Part shown: in pieces, positions 10,699 through 20,763 of the stretch | How the letters are laid out: every line of letters starts with the position of its first letter | Numbering within the stretch: position 1 is the first letter of the stretch | NCBI GenBank assembly: GCA_947626095.1 | Contig: CANQQV010000005.1 | Span: forward strand, 24,572-88,571 | From: an uncultured Bacilli bacterium | GTDB lineage: Bacteria > Bacillota_I > Bacilli_A > RF39 > UBA660 | Length of the DNA: 64,000 nt | Direction of reading: 5' to 3' | Notes under the pieces: generated by a model | What the model was told of the DNA's origin: nothing | The model's database searches: none | The model's input: only the letters and a program-made list of their open reading frames with translations | Made by a program: the position numbers and the translations under genes

Positions 10699-10827
10699 AA
10701 CTTTCACCTTTTTCTTGGCTTTTTTATACAATTATTTAACTTAGTTTTATGGTGCTATTATATCATAAAGGGCTGTTTATATAACTATAAAAAGATAGCA
10801 ATTGATGCTATCTTTCTAAATTATTAA

Positions 10828-13326
10828 TTACTTTCCACAACAATTTTTGTATTTCTTACCACTGCCACATGGACATGGATCGTTTCTTCCTACTTTGTTA
10901 GTATTTTTAATAGGAGTTCCTTTTGTCTTAAGGTGAGTATCATGAACTATTTTGTTATTTCTTTGATCTTTTCTTTCAGTATTTTGTCTTACTTCGGCTT
11001 TTAATAAGAAGATAGATATACGTGATTCAATACTACTCATTAAATCATCGAATAATTCATAACCTTCAGTAGTATAAGCTTGTAATGGATTAATTTGACC
11101 ATATCCACGAAGACCAATACCTTCTCTTAAGTGTTCCATAGCTCCAATGTGATCTATCCATGCTTCATCAATAACTCTTAAAGCAATTGCTTTTTCGAAT
11201 TCATTAATAACATCTTCAGGAATAGCTTTGGTTTTTTCTTTATAGTCTTCTCTAACTTTTTCAGTTAAGTAAGCTTTAACTTCTTCAGTTTCTTTCATAT
11301 CTTCAATTTCAGAAACTTCTAATTTAGTTGTTTTGATTAAGTTAGTATTTAAGTATTCAATAATTTCACTTTTATCATCATCTGTTAAGTAACCTTCTGG
11401 TTCGATATGACTATCAACTAAGTTTGCGATATTACTATCGAATGTTGCTTGTGTTCTTTCAGAAATAGATTCTTGGTCAAGAATTTCATTTCTTCTTGAA
11501 TAGATGATTTCTCTTTGTTCATTCATGACATTATCGTAATCAAGTAATGATTTACGAGTATCATAGTTGTTTCCTTCAACTTTCTTTTGAGCTGTTTCAA
11601 TACTCTTAGTAAATGTTTTAGAACGAATTGCTTGGTCATCACTAAAGCCAACTTTAATTAACATTTCTTTAATCTTATCCGTACCAAAACGACGCATTAA
11701 GTCATCATCAAATGAGACAAAGAATTGAGACATACCTGGATCTCCTTGACGTCCTGAACGACCACGTAATTGGTTATCAATACGACGAGATTCATGTCTT
11801 TCTGTACCAATTACACAAAGACCACCAAGTTCAACAACACCTTCACCTAATTTAATATCGGTACCACGACCAGCCATGTTAGTAGCAATAGTTATTGCAC
11901 CTTTTTGACCAGCTTGAGCAATGATTTCAGCTTCTCTTTCATGATTCTTAGCATTTAAGACTTCATGTTTTAAGCCTTCTTTTTTAAGCATTGCACTTAA
12001 TTTTTCGTTGTTTTCAACAGATATTGTACCAACTAGGATTGGTTGTCCTGTTTCATGTATTTCTTTAATCTTTTTAACGATAGCAGCAAATTTACCTTTT
12101 TCAGTAGCATATACTAAGTCAGGTAAGTCTTCTCTGATTACTGGTTTGTTTGTAGGTATTTGGATAACGTACATATTGTAGATATCTCTAAATTCTTCTT
12201 CTTCAGTTTTAGCAGTACCTGTCATACCAGATAATTTATTATACATTCTAAATAAGTTTTGGAATGTAATTGTAGCCATTGTTTTAGTTTCTTCATTGAT
12301 CTTAACATTTTCTTTAGCTTCTAAAGCTTGATGTAAGCCATCACTAAATTGACGACCATGCATTAAACGTCCTGTAAATTGATCAACGATAATAACTGCA
12401 CCATCTTCAACAACGTAGTCAACATCGACTTTGAAACCATAATTAGCTTTTAAAGCTTGATTTAAATGATGAACTAAAACTGCGTTATCTAAATCATATA
12501 GATTATCTAAGTGGAACATTTTTTCAATCTTTTCAACTCCACTATCAGTAAGTGAAACACTCTTAGTTTTTTCATCTACGGTATAATCTTCTTCTTTTAA
12601 ACTTTTAGCAGCACGATCAGCTGATGTATATAAATCTTTAGAATCGAATTTACCACCAGATATAATTAATGGAGTACGAGCTTCATCGATAAGGATTGAG
12701 TCAACTTCATCAACAATACAGAAGTTTAATGGTCTTTGAACTCTATCTTGAGCTCTAACTACCATATTATCTCTTAAGTAATCGAAACCAATTTCATTAT
12801 TTGTTGAATATAAAACATCGCAGTTATATGCTTCTCTTTTTTGTTCAGGAGACATTTCACGCATATTTAAACCAACAGTTAAACCTAGGAATCTAAAAAT
12901 ATTTCCCATCCATTCTGAGTCACGTTTAGCTAAGAATTCGTTAACTGTTACGATGTGAACACCTTTACCTTCTAAGGCATTTAAATATGTAGGCATTGTT
13001 TCAGTTAAAGTTTTACCTTCACCTGTTTTCATTTCAGCAATATTACCATAGTGAATTGCTAAACCACCTAATATTTGAACAAAGTATGGTTTTTCACCAA
13101 TAACACGGTATGCAGCTTCTCTTACAACAGCAAAAGCTGGTACGATAATATCATCTAATGTTTTACCATTAGCTAATTCTTCTTTAAATTCATCAGTCTT
13201 AGCACGAAGTTCTTCATCGCTTAAAGCTTCCATTTCTTCGCTAAGATTATCTATTTGATTAGCTATTTTTTCAAACCTTTTTAATTCTTTATATTCTGAG
13301 TCGATTAATTTTCTAAAAAATCCCAT
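10828..13326 (-). CDS. secA: Preprotein translocase SecA
   Basis: MKTGEGKT, DEVDSILIDEARTPLII, C-terminal GRNDPCPCGSGKKYKNCCG; start 13326 after GGAGG. Confidence 0.99.
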   Translation of the reverse strand: MGFFRKLIDSEYKELKRFEKIANQIDNLSEEMEALSDEELRAKTDEFKEELANGKTLDDIIVPAFAVVREAAYRVIGEKPYFVQILGGLAIHYGNIAEMKTGEGKTLTETMPTYLNALEGKGVHIVTVNEFLAKRDSEWMGNIFRFLGLTVGLNMREMSPEQKREAYNCDVLYSTNNEIGFDYLRDNMVVRAQDRVQRPLNFCIVDEVDSILIDEARTPLIISGGKFDSKDLYTSADRAAKSLKEEDYTVDEKTKSVSLTDSGVEKIEKMFHLDNLYDLDNAVLVHHLNQALKANYGFKVDVDYVVEDGAVIIVDQFTGRLMHGRQFSDGLHQALEAKENVKINEETKTMATITFQNLFRMYNKLSGMTGTAKTEEEEFRDIYNMYVIQIPTNKPVIREDLPDLVYATEKGKFAAIVKKIKEIHETGQPILVGTISVENNEKLSAMLKKEGLKHEVLNAKNHEREAEIIAQAGQKGAITIATNMAGRGTDIKLGEGVVELGGLCVIGTERHESRRIDNQLRGRSGRQGDPGMSQFFVSFDDDLMRRFGTDKIKEMLIKVGFSDDQAIRSKTFTKSIETAQKKVEGNNYDTRKSLLDYDNVMNEQREIIYSRRNEILDQESISERTQATFDSNIANLVDSHIEPEGYLTDDDKSEIIEYLNTNLIKTTKLEVSEIEDMKETEEVKAYLTEKVREDYKEKTKAIPEDVINEFEKAIALRVIDEAWIDHIGAMEHLREGIGLRGYGQINPLQAYTTEGYELFDDLMSSIESRISIFLLKAEVRQNTERKDQRNNKIVHDTHLKTKGTPIKNTNKVGRNDPCPCGSGKKYKNCCGK

Positions 13327-13536
13327 GACGCATTCCTCCACTTGTCTTATTATAACAAAAATATTAAAAGCATTAAAGCTTTCTTTTTCACGCATATAAT
13401 ATTTTAAGATATTTTATAACTAAATTCAACCATTTAAAGCTTTTTTTAGCACTTTTTGGCTAATTTATCCATATCGGCGTTTATATTATTATATTATTTA
13501 AGAATTTAAAGTCAATAAAAAAAGGAGCTTAGCTCC

Positions 13537-14088
13537 TTATTTCATATTAATTATACCGTAATTACCGTCTTTTCTTTTATATAGAACAGATACACATTCT
13601 TCATCAATGTTTTTGAAAACGAAGAAATCATGGTTAAGTAATTCTATTTGAAGCATTGCTTCTTCTTCATCCATTGGTTTCATAGATATATTTTTTCTTT
13701 TAACGATTGTACTTACATTTTCTTCAGTTTCTTCGTCATCTTCTGGTTCATAGTTAAAATTAAATTCTAAATTTTCAACGTTTTTATATTTTCTATTTAA
13801 GCGATCTTTATTCTTTCTAATTTGTCTTTCTAGTTTATTAATAACTAAGTCAACTGCTGCGTAAAAGTCTTCATTAGATTCCTCAGCTCTTAGAGTAAAT
13901 CTCTTAGTTAAGGCAGTTACTTCAATTATTTGTTCTAAACCTTTTACTTTTGCAAGAACGTTAACGTTAATCTCATCTGGTTTTTCAAAATACTTATCCA
14001 TTTTAGATAGTTTATCAGTTATATAATTTTTCATAGATGGAGTAACAGTTACTTTCTCACCGCGAATATTATATTTCATATTCATCAT
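13537..14088 (-). CDS. hpf: Ribosome hibernation factor (long HPF)
   Basis: YAAVDLVINKLERQIRKNK, KPMDEEEAMLQ, YKRKDGNYG; upstream of secA. Confidence 0.95.
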   Translation of the reverse strand: MMNMKYNIRGEKVTVTPSMKNYITDKLSKMDKYFEKPDEINVNVLAKVKGLEQIIEVTALTKRFTLRAEESNEDFYAAVDLVINKLERQIRKNKDRLNRKYKNVENLEFNFNYEPEDDEETEENVSTIVKRKNISMKPMDEEEAMLQIELLNHDFFVFKNIDEECVSVLYKRKDGNYGIINMK

Positions 14089-14134
14089 CCTCCTAAGTCC
14101 ATTATATCATCAATAAATTTATTTGGCTATAAGA

Positions 14135-14725
14135 TTATGTTAATAATTTAATAGGCATTAAATCGGGGTGTGAATAAATATAGATGTCTTTTAAAAATGT
14201 TTTACTTAAATATTTAACTAGTGGTTCATAATCTTCGTAATTACCAAATATTTTAATTGTTTTGATGTTTTCACTAGGTATAAGTTCTTTTAAATACATC
14301 GCAAGTGTTTGTTTATATTTATTAAAGTAAACGTTAAAACTCAGGATTTGATTATTATAATAGAATTTTATACTATTTGTGGATATGTCGATTAATAATT
14401 CGTGATTAGATAGAGAGAAAATATTGATGATATTAATAAAATTAATTTGATTAAACGATAATTCTTTAAATAAATCGATTAGATTTTCTTTTTCATAGTT
14501 AGAATATGTATCATCAATTATAATATTTAGATTATCGGTTATAATTTTCTTGTTAATATTATTTTCATTCATGATTGTGGTTATTTCTTCAATAAATATT
14601 TGTTTGTTAATAATTTTATAGTTATCAACAGAGGACATAATAAATTTTAAGAGTTTTTGATGGGTATATACTATTAAACCATTTTGGATAAATTCAATGG
14701 TTGTAATAGTTCTTTTTTTTAACAT
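14135..14725 (-). CDS. Hypothetical protein, probable highly degenerate Mbl/MreB-like actin fold
   Basis: Colinear weak similarity to MreB segments by eye; lies downstream of spoIID-spoIIQ, where mbl usually sits. Confidence 0.5.
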   Translation of the reverse strand: MLKKRTITTIEFIQNGLIVYTHQKLLKFIMSSVDNYKIINKQIFIEEITTIMNENNINKKIITDNLNIIIDDTYSNYEKENLIDLFKELSFNQINFINIINIFSLSNHELLIDISTNSIKFYYNNQILSFNVYFNKYKQTLAMYLKELIPSENIKTIKIFGNYEDYEPLVKYLSKTFLKDIYIYSHPDLMPIKLLT

Positions 14726-15357
14726 TAATTATTACTACTATTTAGGAATTCCTCTGGATTAGTTAAACTACCTTCTTGATATACTTCAAAGTGAAGACAG
14801 TTTTCTTTTTCACCTTCTAATTTGTTAGAGCCACTAGTAGCGATAATAGTATCTTGAGTTACCTCATCACCAACTTTTACTTTTACATCTTTAACACTTT
14901 GATAGATAGTTACAATGTTGTTAGCATGTTCAATTTCAATAATATTACCTAAAATATCATCAGTTTTAACTTCACTTACTTTACCAGGAAGAACCGGTAC
15001 TATATCAAATTGTTGGTCAGAAGAATATAGGATACCAGTATTAGGCATATAAATATTTTGATAACGAATTAAAGATTTTTGTTGTTTGTCTTCTTCATCT
15101 TCATTGTTATAGTAATATTTACTAATGGTTATATTTTCACCTTTATATGGTTTGATTATTTTTACTTCTTCTTTTTCAGTTACTTCGTTTTGAACATCGA
15201 TTGTGTTATCAACTAAGGCATCTGTTACGTAAGAGTTATCGGATACTAAATTGGTATTTAAGATATTACTAATTAAATAGTAACTAAATAAGGCTCCTAC
15301 TAAGATAAAGATTCCTAAAGTTGGAATAACCCAATCTTTTAATTTCTTTCTTGTCAT
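14725..15357 (-). CDS. spoIIQ: Stage II sporulation protein Q (M23/LytM)
   Basis: N-terminal TM, YMPNTGILY, HFEV; downstream of spoIID. Confidence 0.85.
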   Translation of the reverse strand: MTRKKLKDWVIPTLGIFILVGALFSYYLISNILNTNLVSDNSYVTDALVDNTIDVQNEVTEKEEVKIIKPYKGENITISKYYYNNEDEEDKQQKSLIRYQNIYMPNTGILYSSDQQFDIVPVLPGKVSEVKTDDILGNIIEIEHANNIVTIYQSVKDVKVKVGDEVTQDTIIATSGSNKLEGEKENCLHFEVYQEGSLTNPEEFLNSSNN

Positions 15358-15408
15358 TTTATCACCTTTCTAATATTAAGTGTGGACAAGAAAAAAAGAA
15401 ATATACAT

Positions 15409-16311
15409 TTAAATACTATCTATTTCAATATTTTGATAATAGTATTTTAATATTTCTTCATAGGTATATCCTTCTTTAGCCATAGCATTAGCACCATATT
15501 GACTCATTCCTACACCATGGCCATACCCCTTAGTAGTTATTTCAATGTCATTATTTATTTTTATTGTAAAATCAGTTGATCTTAGAGATAGTAGTTGACG
15601 GATTTCGATACCAGTAAAAATTTTATTATTTATGGTTATCTCTGATACACGATTAGATTCGTCTTTAGATATATTTGAAATAGTTATTTGGTTACATGAG
15701 ATAGATAATTTTTGGCAAAATTCTTCTTTAGGAATAGTAATAGTATTTTCGTTATCTTCGTCCCATGGAGATGGAATGATGTTTAAATAAGCCGTTTCAT
15801 CATTAAAGACATTAATAGAACTTTCAGTATAACCGTTAGACATAGAATAATAGTAAGCTTTAATAGGTTCATTTTGATAGTACATTATTAAGTTTTTCGT
15901 ACCATTAACGGCATTACTTATTTTTTGATAATATTCTGAGTATTTATCTTGCCATTTATTTTGCATCTCTTCTTTACTTAGATAAACTTGATTATCAGTA
16001 GTAGTTTTAAGAGATGGATGGTTTTTTAAGTAAGATATGGCATATGTACGGGAAGCAATGGCTTGGGCTTTTAGAGCTTCTTCTTCAAAGAGTGCGGGCA
16101 TTTCGCCAGCGACAACACCAATTATATACTCTTCTAATTCGAGATTAGTTTCTTCATTATTCTTATTAATTGTTACTTCTTGCTTGTTATCAACACTCTG
16201 TTGATTATTTTCTTCCATATTAAAATTAGTTTCTTTTAGGAAGAAACTAATTATCGTTATTGGTATTAATAAAACAATGATATAAAGTAAGTTTTTAGTC
16301 AAAAAGATCAT
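15409..16311 (-). CDS. spoIID: Stage II sporulation protein D
   Basis: LEEYIIGVVAGEMPA, EALKAQAIASRTY, GYGHGVGMSQYGA. Confidence 0.95.
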   Translation of the reverse strand: MIFLTKNLLYIIVLLIPITIISFFLKETNFNMEENNQQSVDNKQEVTINKNNEETNLELEEYIIGVVAGEMPALFEEEALKAQAIASRTYAISYLKNHPSLKTTTDNQVYLSKEEMQNKWQDKYSEYYQKISNAVNGTKNLIMYYQNEPIKAYYYSMSNGYTESSINVFNDETAYLNIIPSPWDEDNENTITIPKEEFCQKLSISCNQITISNISKDESNRVSEITINNKIFTGIEIRQLLSLRSTDFTIKINNDIEITTKGYGHGVGMSQYGANAMAKEGYTYEEILKYYYQNIEIDSI

Positions 16312-16511
16312 CCTTTTATGATACTGCTTACATTTATAAAATCAGTTATAAAGTTAGTAACTAAATAACTAGTAGCAAAGCTTAATAGCATTACTAAAAT
16401 ACGAGCTTCAATGGCTTTATTAGTTTTAATGAAGCCATCAAAGTTAACACCAGATAAAGCAAAGATACTTATTAATAAAGTTACAATATAGATATAAGCT
16501 TTATAGTTCAT
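16308..16511 (-). CDS. DUF1146/YwzB membrane protein
   Basis: Two TM helices, ARILVMLLS...SYLVTNF; syntenic upstream of spoIID. Confidence 0.8.
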   Translation of the reverse strand: MNYKAYIYIVTLLISIFALSGVNFDGFIKTNKAIEARILVMLLSFATSYLVTNFITDFINVSSIIKG

Positions 16512-16953
16512 TATATGTACCTTCTTCGTAGTTTATGATTTTATTTACTCTTCTTTGATGTCTTTCTTCAGTTGATGGTTCAGTAGAAATAAATTCTTTA
16601 ATCATGGCAATTAATTCATTTATATCTTGTTTATAACTTAAAGCGATAATATTGGCATTATTATGTTCACGGGCTAGATGAGCTTGAGATATGTTAGAAC
16701 AGTGAGCACAGCGAATACCTTTAACTTTATTAGCAGCGATACTCATACCAATACCGGTACCACACATTAGGACACCTAGGTCAGCTTCTTTACTAATAAT
16801 ACTTTTACTTACACGAAAAGCAAAATCGGGATAGTCATCAGTTGGATTGTTATCAGGACTAAGATCAATTATTTCATACTCTGATAATGCTTTAATTATT
16901 TCTTTTTTTTCATTAACACCATTGTGATCAGTTGCGATTGCTATCTTCATCAT
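16501..16953 (-). CDS. rpiB: Ribose-5-phosphate isomerase B
   Basis: DH.G, DYPD, CGTGIGMSIAANKVKGIR, REHNNAN, RHQRRV. Confidence 0.95.
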   Translation of the reverse strand: MMKIAIATDHNGVNEKKEIIKALSEYEIIDLSPDNNPTDDYPDFAFRVSKSIISKEADLGVLMCGTGIGMSIAANKVKGIRCAHCSNISQAHLAREHNNANIIALSYKQDINELIAMIKEFISTEPSTEERHQRRVNKIINYEEGTYNEL

Positions 16954-17959
16954 TATTCTCCTTTTTATTCATAGCTTCTTTAAATCTTGGTAATAAACCT
17001 TGGCCATTAGAACGATGTGGTGGTAGTTGATATAAGTCATGGCCTGGGAATTCGTTGCCTTCTATTAAGAATGGATCTTTAGGTCCTAGGCAGACATCCC
17101 AACCAACATAACCTACTTCAGGAACTTCATAGGATGCTTTAATAACGAAACGTTTTATACGAGGCCATTTAGGGATTTTAAACCATATTATTGATTCACC
17201 AGTTATAGGATGTTTATCGTATATATTACCTTTTTTATCAACTGCTAGGTAATCTATAATACCTGTTTCAATGTTGATTGGGGCGACTAATCCATCATGA
17301 TTAAAATTATCAACAATATTATTATTGTTACCGATTCTTAAGTAAGCAGCGACGATTATATGGTTTAAAGTAACAATTCTAATAGTATTGACTGATGATG
17401 GATGAAGAGACGCAATTTCTGGACATTGAACAGCTATTTCTTCAACTAAATATCTTTTAGTTTCTAATAAGTTATTATATATCTTTTTAACATTATGGGT
17501 ATTAACTTTAAATATTTCAATGCCTTTACCACAGCTTTCAGATAAAGGTTTGACTAAGATACTTGGATGTTTTTTACAGAAGGCCGTAAATTCTTGGTAA
17601 CTTTCTTTAGTATCTTTTACTTCCATCCAATCTCTTAAAAGGTATTTATGAAATTTCTGATTAAAAGTTATTTTATTACTAAAATATTTCATATATTCAG
17701 GATTATTATATTTTTTAACGATATCATTATTAATTCCGCGAGTAATGATAGTTTCTCTTTGAGCTTTATTTAAATTATACATTTCATATAATTTATAATC
17801 CATATAGCCAGCTTGATATTTAAAACCACAATTAACAATATCACAGAAAATAAATAATCGATTCTTATGATTCTTTTCATGAATGTAGTTAATGGTATCA
17901 AAAAGGCCACGATAGTTCATGCTTTTTATTCTTGTAAATAAATAACCTATTTTACCCAT
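16928..17959 (-). CDS. Sugar-transfer-associated ATP-grasp protein
   Basis: KPLSESCGKGI, SVNTIRIVT, VDNF, VGWDV, IEGNEFPG; likely start MGKIGY. Confidence 0.8.
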   Translation of the reverse strand: MGKIGYLFTRIKSMNYRGLFDTINYIHEKNHKNRLFIFCDIVNCGFKYQAGYMDYKLYEMYNLNKAQRETIITRGINNDIVKKYNNPEYMKYFSNKITFNQKFHKYLLRDWMEVKDTKESYQEFTAFCKKHPSILVKPLSESCGKGIEIFKVNTHNVKKIYNNLLETKRYLVEEIAVQCPEIASLHPSSVNTIRIVTLNHIIVAAYLRIGNNNNIVDNFNHDGLVAPINIETGIIDYLAVDKKGNIYDKHPITGESIIWFKIPKWPRIKRFVIKASYEVPEVGYVGWDVCLGPKDPFLIEGNEFPGHDLYQLPPHRSNGQGLLPRFKEAMNKKENNDEDSNRN

Positions 17960-18013
17960 AATTACCACCCTGTTTATAGTATACCACAATTTTTAAGGAA
18001 TGAAAAAAAGCTA

Positions 18014-18229
18014 CTATTTAGCAGCTTCTTGATCATAACCATATCTACGGTTGAACTTTTCAACTGAACCAGTCTTTTTAGCCTTACCTTGTTTTCCTGT
18101 ATAGAATGGATGACATTCACTACATACTTCAATATGGATTTCATCTTTAGTTGATTTAGTCATGAATGTAGCTCCACAAGCACAAGTTACTTTGCAATCT
18201 TTAAGTTCTGGATGGATATCTTTTTTCAT
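18014..18229 (-). CDS. rpmE: 50S ribosomal protein L31 (Zn-binding type)
   Basis: [21 protein letters not shown]. Confidence 0.98.
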   Translation of the reverse strand: MKKDIHPELKDCKVTCACGATFMTKSTKDEIHIEVCSECHPFYTGKQGKAKKTGSVEKFNRRYGYDQEAAK

Positions 18230-18235
18230 TTTTAT

Positions 18236-18275
18236 TCTCCTTCCGCCATGTCTAATATTTAAGACATAGTAATTT
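18236..18275 (-). promoter_or_regulatory. Probable L31 ribosomal-protein leader
   Basis: Minus strand TTACTATGTCT-TAAATATT-AGACATGGCGGAAGGAG hairpin abutting the rpmE RBS. Confidence 0.55.
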
Positions 18276-18343
18276 CTTCGTCTAATGTATTATATCATAA
18301 GAATTGAACTTATCAAGTCTTAATCTTATTTTTTCTTACTATT

Positions 18344-18865
18344 TTACTTCTTTTTGAAGATAGAAATAACTTTTCCTGTCATAAAAACGATAGAATCACT
18401 ATTTTTAGTAGCAACATTTTTAAAAACAGCTTTGAAACCAACAGTTAAAGCAGAAATTACAGCGGTAACTAAGATAGTTGTGATAGTAGTACTAAAGTGG
18501 AAATAATTAGCAATAGATAGAGTTAGGACAGCACCTAAACTACCACTTACAATACCACATATATCTCCAATAACATCATTACATACTGAAGATACTTTAG
18601 TTGAATTTTTTAACAAGGATATAGCTTCTTTAGCACCTTTTAATTTTTTAGTAGCTTTAGCATGAAGATTAGCTTCTTTACTAGTTAAAACAGCAACACC
18701 TATCATATCAAAGATAATACCAATTGAAATAACAACTAAGATAATTATTGTTAAGACTATTTCATTAAAAGTATCAGATATTACAGTAGAAATACCACTA
18801 AATAAGATAGATAAAATAAAAGATAATAAAAAAACTTTATATATCCAGTTAACATTACTCTTCAT
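18344..18865 (-). CDS. oapA: OLE-associated membrane protein A
   Basis: IGIIFDMIGVA, GAKEAI, CNDVIGDICGIVSG (DxxxD), SALTVG; directly downstream of OLE RNA. Confidence 0.85.
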   Translation of the reverse strand: MKSNVNWIYKVFLLSFILSILFSGISTVISDTFNEIVLTIIILVVISIGIIFDMIGVAVLTSKEANLHAKATKKLKGAKEAISLLKNSTKVSSVCNDVIGDICGIVSGSLGAVLTLSIANYFHFSTTITTILVTAVISALTVGFKAVFKNVATKNSDSIVFMTGKVISIFKKK

Positions 18866-18922
18866 ATTAACTCTCCTTATAAAGTAATTTAATAAAAACT
18901 TATGGTATATTATAAATTAATT

Positions 18923-19357
18923 TTACGGCTTTGGTCGAGTTGAATTTCTCTAGCTCCTACCATCGATTACTCTCTGGCGATTTCTCTTTAAAGGATCCAA
19001 TCGAATGTTACCGGTTCGATTACTCGATTACCACTTAGTCCGTACCTCAAACTTTATAATACATACACCCTAGAGAATTTCTCTATCATATAGGGATTAT
19101 TCTTATTCGCTTTTGCAATTACAATTTCAATTACTATCCCTTGTAATCACTCACGACATGCACTAGTTATATCTTCACGGCAGACGGGATAAAAGGAACT
19201 CTTTATATGCCATTATAATTTGTCCTTAAATCTTAAATCATATACCCACCCGATTCTGGGCGAAACAAGCAAGTATACAAAGTGTCATATCAGCACAATT
19301 GGTAGATTTTTAGCCCCACCTTCAAATAATTTTTATGACTAGGATAATGCACCATAA
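18923..19357 (-). ncRNA. ole: OLE RNA, compact ~435 nt variant
   Basis: ORF-free GC-enriched region with OLE-like blocks CTAGTC, TTTGAAGGTGGGGCTAAAAATCTACC, CGCCCAG..GGGT, AATGGCAT, CCGTGAAGA, GGACTAAGTGGTAATC; 5' TTATGGT pairs with 3' GCCGTAA; followed by oapA. Confidence 0.85.
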
Positions 19358-19365
19358 CGATTAAA

Positions 19366-19394
19366 AGTTTATCAAATCTAGGAAAAAATGTCAA
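19366..19394 (-). promoter_or_regulatory. Sigma-A promoter for ole-oapA
   Basis: TTGACA-17 nt-TAAACT with extended TG. Confidence 0.75.
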
Positions 19395-19400
19395 ATCTTC

Positions 19401-20654
19401 CTATACTTCTTTAATCTTAATTTTAGCACCAGCTTTAGTTAGTTTTTCAACGATATTTTCGTATCCTCTTAGGATATGTTCTATCTCATTAACAGTAGTT
19501 TTTCCTTTAGCTATTAAACCAGCTATAACCATAGCTGCACCAGCTCTTAAATCAGTAGCGGTTACTTCTTCGCCTTTTAATGGAGTTTTACCAACAATAA
19601 TCGCCGTACGATCATTAACGCGAATATTAGCACCCATTTTTTGTAAGTATTTAATATGGCCCATACGATTTTCATAGATGGTTTCTTCAAAGATAGACAT
19701 ACCATCAGCTTGCGTTAGTAAGACACTCATCGGTTGACCTAAATCAGTGGCAAAACCGGGGAAGACTAATGTTTTAACGTTGATTGATTTATATTTTTTA
19801 GGCCTGTTGATAACTATCGAGTTATTATCAATTTTCATATCAACACCCATTTCTTTTAATTTAGATAATAAAGCATCAATATGTTCTTCGATAATACCAC
19901 TTATTTTTAGGTTTTTACCAAGTAAAGCTCCCATTATAATGTAGGTTCCAGCTTCAATACGATCAGGAATAACATCGATAACGGCTTTACCTAGCTTTTG
20001 AACACCTTCAATTTTTATTTCACTAGTTCCTGCACCAGTAATTCTAGCTCCCATATTATTTAGTAAGGTCGCAATATTAACGATTTCTGGTTCTTTAGCA
20101 GCATTAGATATATAAGTAGTTCCTTCAGCTTTAACGGCAGCTAGCATAATATTAATAGTCGCACCAACTGAAGCAAAGTCTAAATAAATACGAGCTCCTT
20201 TTAATTTATCTGTTTTAAAAATATATTTATTGCCTTCAATAGTTACTTCAGCACCTAGTTTTTGAAAGCCATTAATATGGAAATCAATTGGTCTTGAACC
20301 AATATTACATCCACCTGGGAAGTATATTTCAGCATAATGGAATTTACCAAGTAAGGCCCCCATAAAGTAGTAAGATGCTCTTAGTTTTTTACTTAGTTCT
20401 TCAGGAACTAATTTATTTTCAATATGACTGGTATCGATTTTCATTATTTCATCTTGATATTCAACTTTACCGTTTAGTAAATCAATAATATCTAGTAAAG
20501 CTCTAGTATCAGATATATCTGGGACGTTATATAATGTAACTTCTTCATCTGATAAAATAGCAGCTGGTATTAAAGCTACAACACTATTTTTAGCACCACT
20601 GATTTTAATTTCACCAGTTAGTTCATGTCCCCCATCAATTATTAATTGTTTCAT
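19401..20654 (-). CDS. murA: UDP-N-acetylglucosamine 1-carboxyvinyltransferase
   Basis: SGAKNS, LRASYY, PGGCNIGSRPID, DRIEAGT, TDLRAGAA. Confidence 0.98.
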   Translation of the reverse strand: MKQLIIDGGHELTGEIKISGAKNSVVALIPAAILSDEEVTLYNVPDISDTRALLDIIDLLNGKVEYQDEIMKIDTSHIENKLVPEELSKKLRASYYFMGALLGKFHYAEIYFPGGCNIGSRPIDFHINGFQKLGAEVTIEGNKYIFKTDKLKGARIYLDFASVGATINIMLAAVKAEGTTYISNAAKEPEIVNIATLLNNMGARITGAGTSEIKIEGVQKLGKAVIDVIPDRIEAGTYIIMGALLGKNLKISGIIEEHIDALLSKLKEMGVDMKIDNNSIVINRPKKYKSINVKTLVFPGFATDLGQPMSVLLTQADGMSIFEETIYENRMGHIKYLQKMGANIRVNDRTAIIVGKTPLKGEEVTATDLRAGAAMVIAGLIAKGKTTVNEIEHILRGYENIVEKLTKAGAKIKIKEV

Positions 20655-20763
20655 TTAATCACTCTCATACTTCTATAAGTAAATTTTGATAATTATTACT
20701 TATCAAATTTACTATATAATTAACAATTAATTTTGTCAATTGATTTAATTGTTATCTATAGCT

